From Candidatus Latescibacterota bacterium (GTDB taxonomy: Bacteria > Latescibacterota > CBDEFO01), in NCBI GenBank assembly GCA_965237525.1, contig CBDEFO010000003.1:256001-320000 (forward strand): a stretch of DNA of 64,000 nt. The letters are read 5' to 3'. Numbering within the stretch: the first letter of the stretch is position 1; every line of letters starts with the position of its first letter. Position numbers and translations under genes: made by a program. This document shows, one piece after another, positions 52,481 through 61,131 of this stretch. The notes beneath the pieces are model-generated. The model was not told the DNA's origin. It worked only from the letters and a program-made list of their open reading frames with translations, and ran no database searches.

Positions 52481-53426
52481 AGCTGAAGACGCGAAAAGAA
52501 AGAGCTTTTTTTCGATTGTGATCCCGCTCTTGAACGAGAGACAAAGTCTCAAAGAGCTCTTTTTAAGGATCAAGAGCGTAATGGGGGAGGTGGAGAAAGG
52601 ATACGAGGTGATCTTTATAGACGACGGGAGCACGGACGGCTCCTTTGAGATCTTAGAGGAATTGAAAAAGGATAACAAAGAGGTGGTAGCGATTCAGTTC
52701 AGAAGGAACTGCGGGAAAGCTGCCGCTCTATCTGTGGGATTTAAACAGGCACGGGGCGAGGTCATCGTAACGATGGACGCCGATCTTCAGGACGCCCCTG
52801 AGGAGATACCCAATGTCATACAGAAGATAAACGAGGGTTATGATATCGTCTCCGGATGGAAGAAAGAGAGGAAGGACCCTATAGGGAAGCGGCTCTCCTC
52901 CAAGGTCTTCAACTTCGTCACTTCGCTTGTCACAGGTGTGCATCTCCACGACATCAACTGTGGGCTTAAGGCCTACAGATGGGAAGTGGCAAAGGACATC
53001 ACTCTTTACGGAGAACTCCACAGGTACGTCCCTGTCCTCGCCTACTGGAAGGGGTACAAAGTAGGAGAACTCGCCGTGGTGCATCACCCCCGAAAGTTCG
53101 GAAAGAGCAAATACGGAGTAAAGAGGTTTCTAAGCGGTTTCTTTGATCTTTTGACGGTTATGATGATAACCAGATACCTTACAAAGCCCCTGCACCTCTT
53201 CGGCACAGTTGGAGTCATTCTCACACTGGCAGGAACGGCCATAAACTCATATCTTACGTACCACAAACTCACAACCGGTTCACTCGGTGGACGTTATCCA
53301 CTTTTGATGTTGGGAATCCTTTTGATGATAGTAGGCATACAATTTGTCTCAACTGGACTCCTTGCTGAGATAGTGACGACCTCGATGGGAAAAGAGAAAT
53401 ACCCCATCAGAAAGATATTGGAGTAG
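52458..53426 (+). CDS. GT2 polyprenol-phosphate glycosyltransferase (ArnC/GtrB-like)
   Basis: IDDGSTDGS, MDADLQD, DINCGLKAY and GELHRY motifs; two C-terminal TM helices. Confidence 0.9.
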   Translation: MQKEDKSRAEDAKRKSFFSIVIPLLNERQSLKELFLRIKSVMGEVEKGYEVIFIDDGSTDGSFEILEELKKDNKEVVAIQFRRNCGKAAALSVGFKQARGEVIVTMDADLQDAPEEIPNVIQKINEGYDIVSGWKKERKDPIGKRLSSKVFNFVTSLVTGVHLHDINCGLKAYRWEVAKDITLYGELHRYVPVLAYWKGYKVGELAVVHHPRKFGKSKYGVKRFLSGFFDLLTVMMITRYLTKPLHLFGTVGVILTLAGTAINSYLTYHKLTTGSLGGRYPLLMLGILLMIVGIQFVSTGLLAEIVTTSMGKEKYPIRKILE

Positions 53427-53502
53427 GACATTAGGCGTAAAGACGTATGTAAAGTTAAAGTTGCCGAAGAATCTTACTTCCAGACTCCCCATCTGTGTCC
53501 TG

Positions 53503-54204
53503 TTACGCAGCTTCTTTTTTCCCTTCGTCTTTTTTCGCTTTTCTGGCCTCTATTTCCTCTTTGAGATGGTCAATCATACGGGACGCCTTTCTCATTATTG
53601 GATTGTCCTTGAGGAAATTACGTGCTTTTTGTCTTTCCTCCTCTGTGAAGACTTCCTCTTCGACGAGCTTGGATATGAGGTCTTTTTGCTCTTTGGAGGC
53701 AGTTTTCCCGTTCCCGTTGCTTCCGAACCCACCGTTTCTCGTGCCTGTATGTTCCCGGGGAGGCTCCTTTATCTCATCCACAGAGCACATTCCTGTGGCG
53801 GTTGCCAACCGCATAGCCCTGTTGGTAGCTCTTCTTGTCGCCATTTCGATCGGATATTCCGGGAACTTTACAAAGCCCTTCAGGTTATGAGGGCTCGCCG
53901 TGCCGTAATCTACGAAGGGCTTTTCGAATCCTTCGACCCAGACTTCCCCTTTCATGACAACGAGGGGATCTCCCTCCTTGAGAGCTATCATCGCCCTCAG
54001 GAGTCTGTACTCCTCAACTGAGGGGGGCAATGCCTGAACAGCGAATCTTCCTGCTCCGTACTTCTGCAGCATCTTATACTGGAGGCCCGCTCCGGTTATG
54101 TAAGGTTCACCATCTATAAATACCACAAATTCCTCAACCTTTTGGATAGGGAAGCGCTCGGAATCTGCGATCTCTTTTTGCATCTCTTTCAATGTCTTTT
54201 CCAT
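53503..54204 (-). CDS. putative phage-type single-strand annealing protein (Rad52/Redbeta superfamily-like)
   Basis: IDGEPYITGAGL; EMATRRATNRAMRLA..GMCSVDE; low-complexity linker; ASKEQ..ASRMIDHL C-domain; RBS GGAGG. Confidence 0.55.
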   Translation of the reverse strand: MEKTLKEMQKEIADSERFPIQKVEEFVVFIDGEPYITGAGLQYKMLQKYGAGRFAVQALPPSVEEYRLLRAMIALKEGDPLVVMKGEVWVEGFEKPFVDYGTASPHNLKGFVKFPEYPIEMATRRATNRAMRLATATGMCSVDEIKEPPREHTGTRNGGFGSNGNGKTASKEQKDLISKLVEEEVFTEEERQKARNFLKDNPIMRKASRMIDHLKEEIEARKAKKDEGKKEAA

Positions 54205-54251
54205 CTGAAACCTCCACTTTAGAATAATAATCTAAAGGAACAATTCCCGAA

Positions 54252-54296
54252 TAGTGTCGACACTACGAATATACTGTACATTAGTATATTTGTCAA
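54252..54296 (-). promoter_or_regulatory. sigma70 promoter with overlapping operator-like palindromes
   Basis: Minus strand TTGACA-17 bp-TATATT; inverted repeat AATATACT-N7-AGTATATT at 54268-54290; perfect palindrome TAGTGTCGACACTA at 54252-54265. Confidence 0.75.
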
Positions 54297-54579
54297 GGAA
54301 AAAATGAAGATGTTTCCAGATATTTAAAAAAAATGGAACGATCATCCGTAACGGTTTCTTGATGCTTAATTTTGTGGAACTCATAGGGCTAAAAATACGG
54401 ACTAAAACAGCTTGTAAAACCCTTACGAGATTTTACATAGGTTGTGATTTTACTTGATTTCTGCGCATCAGATGAATATATTATCGATGTGCTCTTTGGA
54501 GGTATTTCATTTGTAGGGGAATAGAGTTGATCTGTCATCGGTGCACTGATAGAATCCAGGTAAGTGGGAGGAAAGCTGA

Positions 54580-55221
54580 ATGGTTGAGCTTTTCAGTAAG
54601 GGCGGATCTTTTATGTATCCGCTCCTCTTTTTATTTGTCGTCGGAGTAGCTATAATTTTGGAGCGCATCTGGACACTCACCAGGGCTTCTGTCGATACGA
54701 AGAGGTTCTTCTTTCGGCTCCAAACCGCCCTTGAAGAAGATGGACCAGAAGGAGCAGCAAGGGTCTGCGCTGATACAAGGGGTCCCGCTGCGACTGTCAT
54801 CCATGCCGGACTTCTAAGGCTCCAAAGGGGAATTGATCACGTAGAAAAGGCGATTGGTGATTCAGGAGCTATCGAAATGGCATTTTTGGAAAAGGGAATG
54901 GTCTGGCTCGCTACGGTTGCCAATATAGCTCCCATGATAGGTTTCTTAGGGACCGTACGGGGTATGATAAGGGCGTTTCAAGCCATCGCTGAGGCGGGGG
55001 ATGTGGAGCCCACGCTCGTGGCTTCTGGAATATCCGAAGCGCTCATTACCACTGCAGCCGGACTCGCCGTGGCTATACCGATGCAGTTCTTTCACAATCT
55101 TTTTGTCTCCAGAATTGACAAGATCGCTATCGAAATGCAGGAGACCTCTACAGCCTTTGTGGATAGTCTTATCGAAAAAGAGTTTGGTTCGGTGCGGCAC
55201 AGCGCAGAGGAAACAACGTGA
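54580..55221 (+). CDS. exbB: MotA/TolQ/ExbB proton channel protein
   Basis: GG.FMYPL, APMIGFLGTV.GMI.AF and GISEALITTAAGL motifs. Confidence 0.9.
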   Translation: MVELFSKGGSFMYPLLFLFVVGVAIILERIWTLTRASVDTKRFFFRLQTALEEDGPEGAARVCADTRGPAATVIHAGLLRLQRGIDHVEKAIGDSGAIEMAFLEKGMVWLATVANIAPMIGFLGTVRGMIRAFQAIAEAGDVEPTLVASGISEALITTAAGLAVAIPMQFFHNLFVSRIDKIAIEMQETSTAFVDSLIEKEFGSVRHSAEETT

Positions 55222-55637
55222 GATTCGAGAGGAAATCCAGGATCGACCAGACAGTTCCGACCGCTTCGATGGCTGACATTGCCTTTTTATTGCTTATATT
55301 CTTTATGGTCTCGACGGTATTCATTACCTACCGGGGGCTACCTGTGATATTGCCCAAGGCCCAGAAGATAGAGGAACTCAAAACCAGAAGTAATATAGCG
55401 AACCTGTGGATAGGAACCGACGGCACCCTCGTTATTGATGATGATGAAGTGGACATCTCATCGATAAGGTCAGTTATGTACAACAAGCTGTCGGAAAATC
55501 CGAGGATCATAGTTTCGCTTAAGTGCGACGAGGAGGCACCCTGCGGCGTCCTGTACGACGTTCTGGTGGAATTAAGAGAATCTCCTCAGGCTCTAAGGGT
55601 CAACTTCGCCACAGACAGGAAGAAGGAGACACGTTGA
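55218..55637 (+). CDS. exbD: biopolymer transport protein ExbD
   Basis: SMADIAFLLLIFFMVST. Confidence 0.9.
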   Translation: MRFERKSRIDQTVPTASMADIAFLLLIFFMVSTVFITYRGLPVILPKAQKIEELKTRSNIANLWIGTDGTLVIDDDEVDISSIRSVMYNKLSENPRIIVSLKCDEEAPCGVLYDVLVELRESPQALRVNFATDRKKETR

Positions 55638-56296
55638 TCAGAAAGAAGAACCCCAAGGTGGATCTCAAGCTCGAATATAAAAGGGTCTTTCCAGTATGCC
55701 TCTTCGTATCGGTCCTGCTGACCTTTTTGGTATTCTTCTTCAGCAGGGAATTTGACGTTAAAGCGTACGCCAAGCCGCCACAGAGAATAATCCTGCAGAT
55801 TGAGGACATACCCGAGACTCATCAGATCAAAAGACCACCTCCGCCTCCGAGGCCCTCTGTTCCGATAGAAGTTGAGGCCGAAGATCTCGTAGATGATGTG
55901 ACAATAGAAAGCACGGACCTAGACTTGAGCCAGATTCCAGCGGATATTCCTCCACCGCCCCCTCTGATTGAGACTTTTCCCGTTGAGCATTTGGCCGATG
56001 AGGAGGAGGAGATAGTCGAGTTCTGGCATGCGGAGGTAAAGCCGAAGCTGGTTAAGTCTGTGGTCCCGGAGTATCCTGAGATCGCACGTAAGGCCGGGAT
56101 AGAGGGGAAAGTCTTTCTGCGTCTTTTAATCGGTAAGGACGGTAAAGTGGAGGAAATGGAGTTCCTGAAGGGCCCCGTAGTATTCAAAGATTCGGCAATA
56201 GAAGCGGTGATGCAATACTTATTCTCACCGGCTATGCAGAACGATAAGCCTGTGAGGGTATGGGCGGCTCAGATGATCAGGTTCAAATTGAAATGA
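55634..56296 (+). CDS. tonB: energy transducer TonB
   Basis: N-terminal TM helix, Pro-rich linker and PEYPEIARKAGIEGKV..F.PA.Q..PV motifs. Confidence 0.88.
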   Translation: MIRKKNPKVDLKLEYKRVFPVCLFVSVLLTFLVFFFSREFDVKAYAKPPQRIILQIEDIPETHQIKRPPPPPRPSVPIEVEAEDLVDDVTIESTDLDLSQIPADIPPPPPLIETFPVEHLADEEEEIVEFWHAEVKPKLVKSVVPEYPEIARKAGIEGKVFLRLLIGKDGKVEEMEFLKGPVVFKDSAIEAVMQYLFSPAMQNDKPVRVWAAQMIRFKLK

Positions 56297-56300
56297 CTGA

Positions 56301-56353
56301 ATGTAGGAGCTGGGTTTCCCAGCCCTTGTGGCGAGCGAACCTCGCCCCTACAT
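56301..56353. repeat. GTAG-type REP doublet between convergent genes (may also terminate transcription)
   Basis: ATGTAGG-AGCTGGG..CCCAGC..GGCGAG..CTCGCC-CCTACAT. Confidence 0.65.
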
Positions 56354-56365
56354 CTTATTTGGGAA

Positions 56366-56770
56366 TTACTTTATAGGCGAGGCTATAGATATTCTGGTGG
56401 CTCCCGCTAACTTGAGTTCATCCAATACAGCGACAAAGGCTCTGTACGGGGTCTCTCTGTCCGACTGGAGAGATACTATAAGCTTATTGTTTTCGGACAG
56501 TCTTCGCTTTATCTCATCTGTAAGGTTAAACAGACTGATCTCCTCTCCATCTACGGCGATATCCCCGGCGGCGTTGACCCAGACGTTGCAGATGTTTTTC
56601 CTGGGAACGGGCTTTGTCTTACCGGCGGAAGGCAGAATTAGTCCTATCCCTTTATCCCTGTTTAAAGTGGTGGTCACCAGGAAAAATATGATCAGCAAAA
56701 AGGCGATGTCCGCCATAGCCACAACGGGGATGAAGACCGTTACCTCTCTTTTCCTTTTGGGTATCAACAT
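56366..56770 (-). CDS. exbD: second ExbD/TolR-family protein
   Basis: MADIAFLLIIFFLVTT; D.ETPY..FV.VLDELK. Confidence 0.88.
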   Translation of the reverse strand: MLIPKRKREVTVFIPVVAMADIAFLLIIFFLVTTTLNRDKGIGLILPSAGKTKPVPRKNICNVWVNAAGDIAVDGEEISLFNLTDEIKRRLSENNKLIVSLQSDRETPYRAFVAVLDELKLAGATRISIASPIK

Positions 56771-56800
56771 CTGTGATTTCCTACTGTTTTCGGTGGACGT

Positions 56801-57985
56801 TTATTTGTCTGCTTTTTTCTTCCCCTTTTTAAAGAAATCAAGTTTTTTCTTCTCCTCCTCCGATATAGGTGGTCTTATAGACCATATCATCTGCTGAGCG
56901 TGCTCTTTCCATATAGAGTCGTTCAAAGCTGATGTGAACTCCTGCAATGCCTTATCCTCCTGGCCTTTTTCCAGATAATATTCCCCGTTGAGTACCCTCA
57001 AGTGGCCATTTTGTGGGTCAATGGACAAGCCCATATTGATGCGGGCTTCGGCGCTTTCCATGTCTCCAGACTTGAGACTTCCTTCCGCCAGTTGAATAAT
57101 GGAGGAAATATCGTGGGGCTTTATGCGCACCATCCCTTCCAATGCAAATATGGCATCCTCATCTTTTCCTAACTTCTGGGCGATCGAGCGTATCTGGGAA
57201 AATGTCGAATAGCTTGTCGAATCTTTCCTTGCAACAGTCTTATACGATTCTAGGGCATCTTCATAGTAACCAATCATGGACTGCAGACCAGCCAATTTGG
57301 TCAAGACTGTCATATTTTGGGGATTTAGTCGTAAGAGCTCTTTATAGGTTCTGATAGCTTCATCGTCCAAGGTGAGATAGACGCAAAGTTGGCCTATACG
57401 ATTTAACATAGTACTATCCTTTTCCACAAGTTTGGACAATTTCCGCAGGCACGCTAACTCATCCAGGTGTAGGGCTTTATAGCGGTATAGGCCGGACAAG
57501 GTCCTCAAAACAGGTTCCTGCTCCGGTTCTATAGCAAGTATCGTTTCATATTCTCTTATAGCCGAATCGTACTGAGCATCTACATGGTAGATATTAGCAA
57601 GCATAAGATGCGCGTTAATATGCGTGGAATCTGCCTTTATCGCCTCAAGATATGCGGTTTTTGCAGCGTCGGTGTTCCCTTTTTCCTTATGGTAGATATT
57701 TCCCAGGGCGTAGTGAGCTTTGGCATTACGGGGATTAAAGGATAAAGATTTTCTGTATTGCTGTATCGCGTCATCGTACATCTTATTTTGATCGTACTGC
57801 ACGGCAAAGCTATAGTGTTTCCTCGCCTCAAGTACAGATACCGAATCGAAATCAGCCGACCTTGCAAAAGTGGTGCTATCTGGCGTGTTCCCTGACGGAG
57901 TGGTCGCACCACCCCAAGAGGGTTCGGAAAACAGCATAAAGGACGAAAAGAGAATTAAGAGTGAAATGACCAATTTCTTATCCAT
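56801..57985 (-). CDS. secreted tetratricopeptide-repeat protein
   Basis: Signal peptide; repeated A...LG..Y...A...Y..A...P pattern. Confidence 0.85.
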   Translation of the reverse strand: MDKKLVISLLILFSSFMLFSEPSWGGATTPSGNTPDSTTFARSADFDSVSVLEARKHYSFAVQYDQNKMYDDAIQQYRKSLSFNPRNAKAHYALGNIYHKEKGNTDAAKTAYLEAIKADSTHINAHLMLANIYHVDAQYDSAIREYETILAIEPEQEPVLRTLSGLYRYKALHLDELACLRKLSKLVEKDSTMLNRIGQLCVYLTLDDEAIRTYKELLRLNPQNMTVLTKLAGLQSMIGYYEDALESYKTVARKDSTSYSTFSQIRSIAQKLGKDEDAIFALEGMVRIKPHDISSIIQLAEGSLKSGDMESAEARINMGLSIDPQNGHLRVLNGEYYLEKGQEDKALQEFTSALNDSIWKEHAQQMIWSIRPPISEEEKKKLDFFKKGKKKADK

Positions 57986-58220
57986 CAAAATATAGTAACT
58001 TACTGATGGGGACTTCGGGCTTATCAAAAATAAATCCGATTACCCCATAAAGTCAAGATATATCGGGATAGATAGAAACATAGGTAATAGTGAAGTAGTA
58101 AGGAGGGAGAAAGGCAGATGCGCTGAATTCACAGAAGGTAAAAGTCTATCGGCCAGATTCTTAAATTGTTAACTTGAGAGCGCGATTCATCACTGAGATT
58201 CTGTAACAGGGGAGTCGCCT

Positions 58221-59228
58221 CTATATCTCCCCTTCAATCTCCTTTCTCATTAAAGAGTAGAAACTGATCGCCCTCTTCAGACATCCCTCAGCCTTCTTTT
58301 GATCTACCTTTTTCTCTTTCTCAAGCATGTCCCTCTTTTGGGGCAACCATACATTTTCCAGATAGTCCATCTGCTCGTTCAGATTCGGGTCGTCCGCGCA
58401 GCTTATGAAGTAGTCGATGATCCCCAACAGTCCAAATTTCAAGCTTACAGAATATGATTTTGTCTCCTCATCCAAATCCAGGCAGATTGTTTTGCTTCTG
58501 TTCTGCCGTGCCGTTGCCAGTTTCCCGGCAGAAACGGTCAAAAGTGCATTTACAAAACTGTCCTTGTTCTGGACCCAGTCCGCCAGCCCCTCTACGTAGT
58601 CCAGAAGGTCCACCTTTTCGCCTCTAGAGATAACCGAGTAGGCTCGTATCTGCACGTTTCTGAAGAACGCCACGAGTCCAATGTTGGCGTCTATAGTGTC
58701 AGCGTCGTACAGTATCCTCTTCTCCAGGGAGGAATATTCTCTCTCCACATCGTCCGGGCTTAATCTACTGGACTTGAGGTGGCCTACGATAATATCTGCT
58801 ATCTTCTGACAGAACGTTTCGGAGAAATTCCTCATCCTTAATATCTCTTCTGAGATGAAAGCACCAGATACATGATGTATTTCTCCGAACAGCTTGTACT
58901 TCTCGTATAGTTGAGTTACAATATTGTTTCCTGTGGGCAGCAGAGGATCGTTCAGCCAGAAACCATCCTCATTTAGAAGCCTGTTTCCGTTTTCATCCAT
59001 GCTAACAGGACCGTCGTATCTTTTTGTAATATCATGGAGCGTAGCTGCATATTTTAACTGATCTATGTCTCCACCTTCATCCTCACCCAACGATACGCTC
59101 AGGTTCCTTACTCTCATCGTATGATTGAGATAATAGTGCCTCCACGAAAATCCCACCCGTTTTTCGTCCCACAGATCGAAAGTGGACTTTATAAGACCTT
59201 CTAACTCCTTCAATCTATTGTCTTCCAT
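58221..59228 (-). CDS. HD-domain metal-dependent phosphohydrolase
   Basis: HTMRV..AATLHDI..HH..H..YDADTID. Confidence 0.85.
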   Translation of the reverse strand: MEDNRLKELEGLIKSTFDLWDEKRVGFSWRHYYLNHTMRVRNLSVSLGEDEGGDIDQLKYAATLHDITKRYDGPVSMDENGNRLLNEDGFWLNDPLLPTGNNIVTQLYEKYKLFGEIHHVSGAFISEEILRMRNFSETFCQKIADIIVGHLKSSRLSPDDVEREYSSLEKRILYDADTIDANIGLVAFFRNVQIRAYSVISRGEKVDLLDYVEGLADWVQNKDSFVNALLTVSAGKLATARQNRSKTICLDLDEETKSYSVSLKFGLLGIIDYFISCADDPNLNEQMDYLENVWLPQKRDMLEKEKKVDQKKAEGCLKRAISFYSLMRKEIEGEI

Positions 59229-59659
59229 TCTTTTCTCCTGAAAGTATAGAGCAAAGAGTCTACGGTTGCCTTTCTTTTCCCCGTTTCAAAAGATATTCCC
59301 GAATATACGGAAAAGTTCCCAAGGCTGCAACAAAGTTTTCCCGCATCTAAAAGAGTAAAGACAGATGGTATTCACCCACGCGCGATAATCTTGCCCGTTG
59401 CACGTAATCAGATGTTGACTGTGGAAGGTCACCTCTTGCCGGGAGAAGATCTCCAACAAGAGGGGGCGGATGGGCTTCTTGGCGTTAGACCACTACGGAG
59501 TGGACCAGCTCATTGATAGGGTCAGGTAGTTCCTATTGAGCCATCGCACACCAAACAGAGATATTCGAAGGCTTTGCCCTGGAATTTCCTGGCACCACCT
59601 ATGTCTGGGGCCAAAGGAGTATTCCACTCGGCTTTTTTCCTTAGTTTTGGGCGATGGAC

Positions 59660-59688
59660 TTGACAAGATCTCACGAATTTGCTATCTT
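59660..59688 (+). promoter_or_regulatory. sigma70 promoter of tRNA-Arg
   Basis: TTGACA-17 bp-TATCTT about 26 bp upstream of the tRNA. Confidence 0.7.
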
Positions 59689-59714
59689 TACAACGATTAG
59701 GGGTAAGATCTTGC

Positions 59715-59792
59715 GCGCCCATGGCTCAATTTGGATAGAGCATCTGACTACGGATCAGAAGGTTGGGGGTTCGAGTCCCTCTGGGCGTGCCA
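59715..59792 (+). tRNA. tRNA-Arg (anticodon ACG)
   Basis: Acceptor stem GCGCCCA/TGGGCGT; anticodon arm TCTGA-CTACGGA-TCAGA; GTTCGAGTC T-loop; encoded CCA. Confidence 0.96.
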
Positions 59793-59800
59793 GAAAAAAC

Positions 59801-59836
59801 AACGGGTTACGACAATTAGATCGTAGCCCGTTTTTC
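59801..59836 (+). terminator. hairpin after the tRNA (terminator, or end of an integrated element)
   Basis: AACGGGTTACGA-loop-TCGTAGCCCGTT followed by TTT. Confidence 0.6.
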
Positions 59837-60310
59837 GTTGGGTGACATATTGGTGACAGAAAGCGGGCTGGTGACAGCTGAAAAGAGCCTGGTAACTCTT
59901 CTATGTACACGTTAGTAACAAATCATAATATTGACGGAATCTATTCCATAGTGGCTTCGGAGGAAAAAAGGCAGTTGATGCAAATACACATCAACGAACT
60001 CATCTGGACGTTCGCTGAAGTGAAGCCACGTTGAGCCACCACCTTCAGCGTGGCTCAACATAGGCACTCCGCAGAGCGGAGCTTCAAACCCCATGCTCGG
60101 GTGCTACCCCCTACACCCCCGAGATTGTATTCATTCGCACTTACGCGCGGCGGTATTCTGTCATAATTTTTGGTTCTTCTCCAAAAAGTGTAGTTATTGA
60201 CGGAAGTAGTTTTTTGAGAATTTAATATTGAAAGGCATCTGTCCGTTCCTGTATAGTTTATAGTAGTAAGAACAAACAAATACATGAGGGGGGACAGGAT
60301 GCCTAGTGAC

Positions 60311-60598
60311 ATGAGAGCATAATGGCTTAACCTGCCGAAAGTAAGAGTTAATCGCGTAACGATCCATAGTGACAGCACCGAAATTTATGTGGATCGAGAT
60401 GCTCTCTTCGACTTTACTTGCTCTGGCTGTGGCCAGACATCCTTCTGGAGTTGGGATTGTCGGCAATTCAGGATTAGGGATCTGTCAGTTTTTGAATTTA
60501 AGGCCTACCTGATCATAGATAAATATCGCACCAATTGTCCAATCTGCGGGGTGCAGATTGAAGGACTTGACTTTGTTGATTCTTATTCCCGATGCACT
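60311..60598 (+). pseudogene. N-terminal zinc-finger fragment of an ISL3-family transposase
   Basis: LNLP..CSGCG..RIRDL..CPICGVQIEGLDFVDSYSRCT; early stop codon. Confidence 0.65.
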
Positions 60599-60950
60599 GC
60601 CGAACAATGGATTAAGGAAGGCAAATATGCTCTGAACTGGGTCCGGCTATCATGCCAACGTCCCCGATTGTGATCCCCTATTGAATCTATAGGGGAGCGG
60701 GGATCAGGTGAGGCTCTGGTAATTTGTTCTGGCCTATAATCTTGGAAACTTTCTGAGGCGGTTGGTTCTTCCAGGGAGAATCAAACGCTGATCTCTTGGC
60801 AGCCTCCTTGTGAAATTGATCAAGATTGGCGCGAAGATTGTCAGGCACAGCAGATACATCACGTTTCAGATGGCTGAGGTTGGGATAGACAAGAGGTTAT
60901 TTGCCGAAATATTATCCCGGATTGAACGATTGCGATGTTACTCTGTTTAA
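60590..60950 (+). pseudogene. C-terminal fragment of an IS1380-family transposase
   Basis: TAEQWIKEGKYALNW.RLSC..QVRL..FVLAYNLGNFLRRL.LP..KLIKIGAKIVRHSRYITFQMAEV; contains stops and a palindrome insertion. Confidence 0.8.
60661..60703. repeat. nested palindromic element inside the IS1380 remnant
   Basis: TCCCCGATTGTGA[TCCCCTATTGAATCTATAGGGGA]GCGGGGA. Confidence 0.7.
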
Positions 60951-61131
60951 ACTGCCACATTTTTTTGTGAGTCGATGGAGAGGTGTCTCCAAGTGGAGGA
61001 TTTAAACACAAAGAAAGTGATAATTCAGAGGAAAATGCTATTTTGATTGAAAAAAGTACTTGTTGAAAAAATGTAAAAGTGGTAATATTCATTCACAAAC
61101 AAGATTGTATCGAAATATAATCCCTCATGAA

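Noticed and set aside
59300..59650. Possible structured ncRNA between the HD gene and the tRNA
   Set aside because: I could not identify a known family or convincing structure by eye; an Rfam/Infernal search is needed
59654..59845. 63-aa ORF
   Set aside because: It overlaps the tRNA-Arg gene and is spurious
13353..61131. Composite transposon formed by the two IS1182 copies
   Set aside because: The enclosed DNA holds core genes (ffh, rpsP, trmD, rplS, gatB, his) and the outer flanks show no shared duplication
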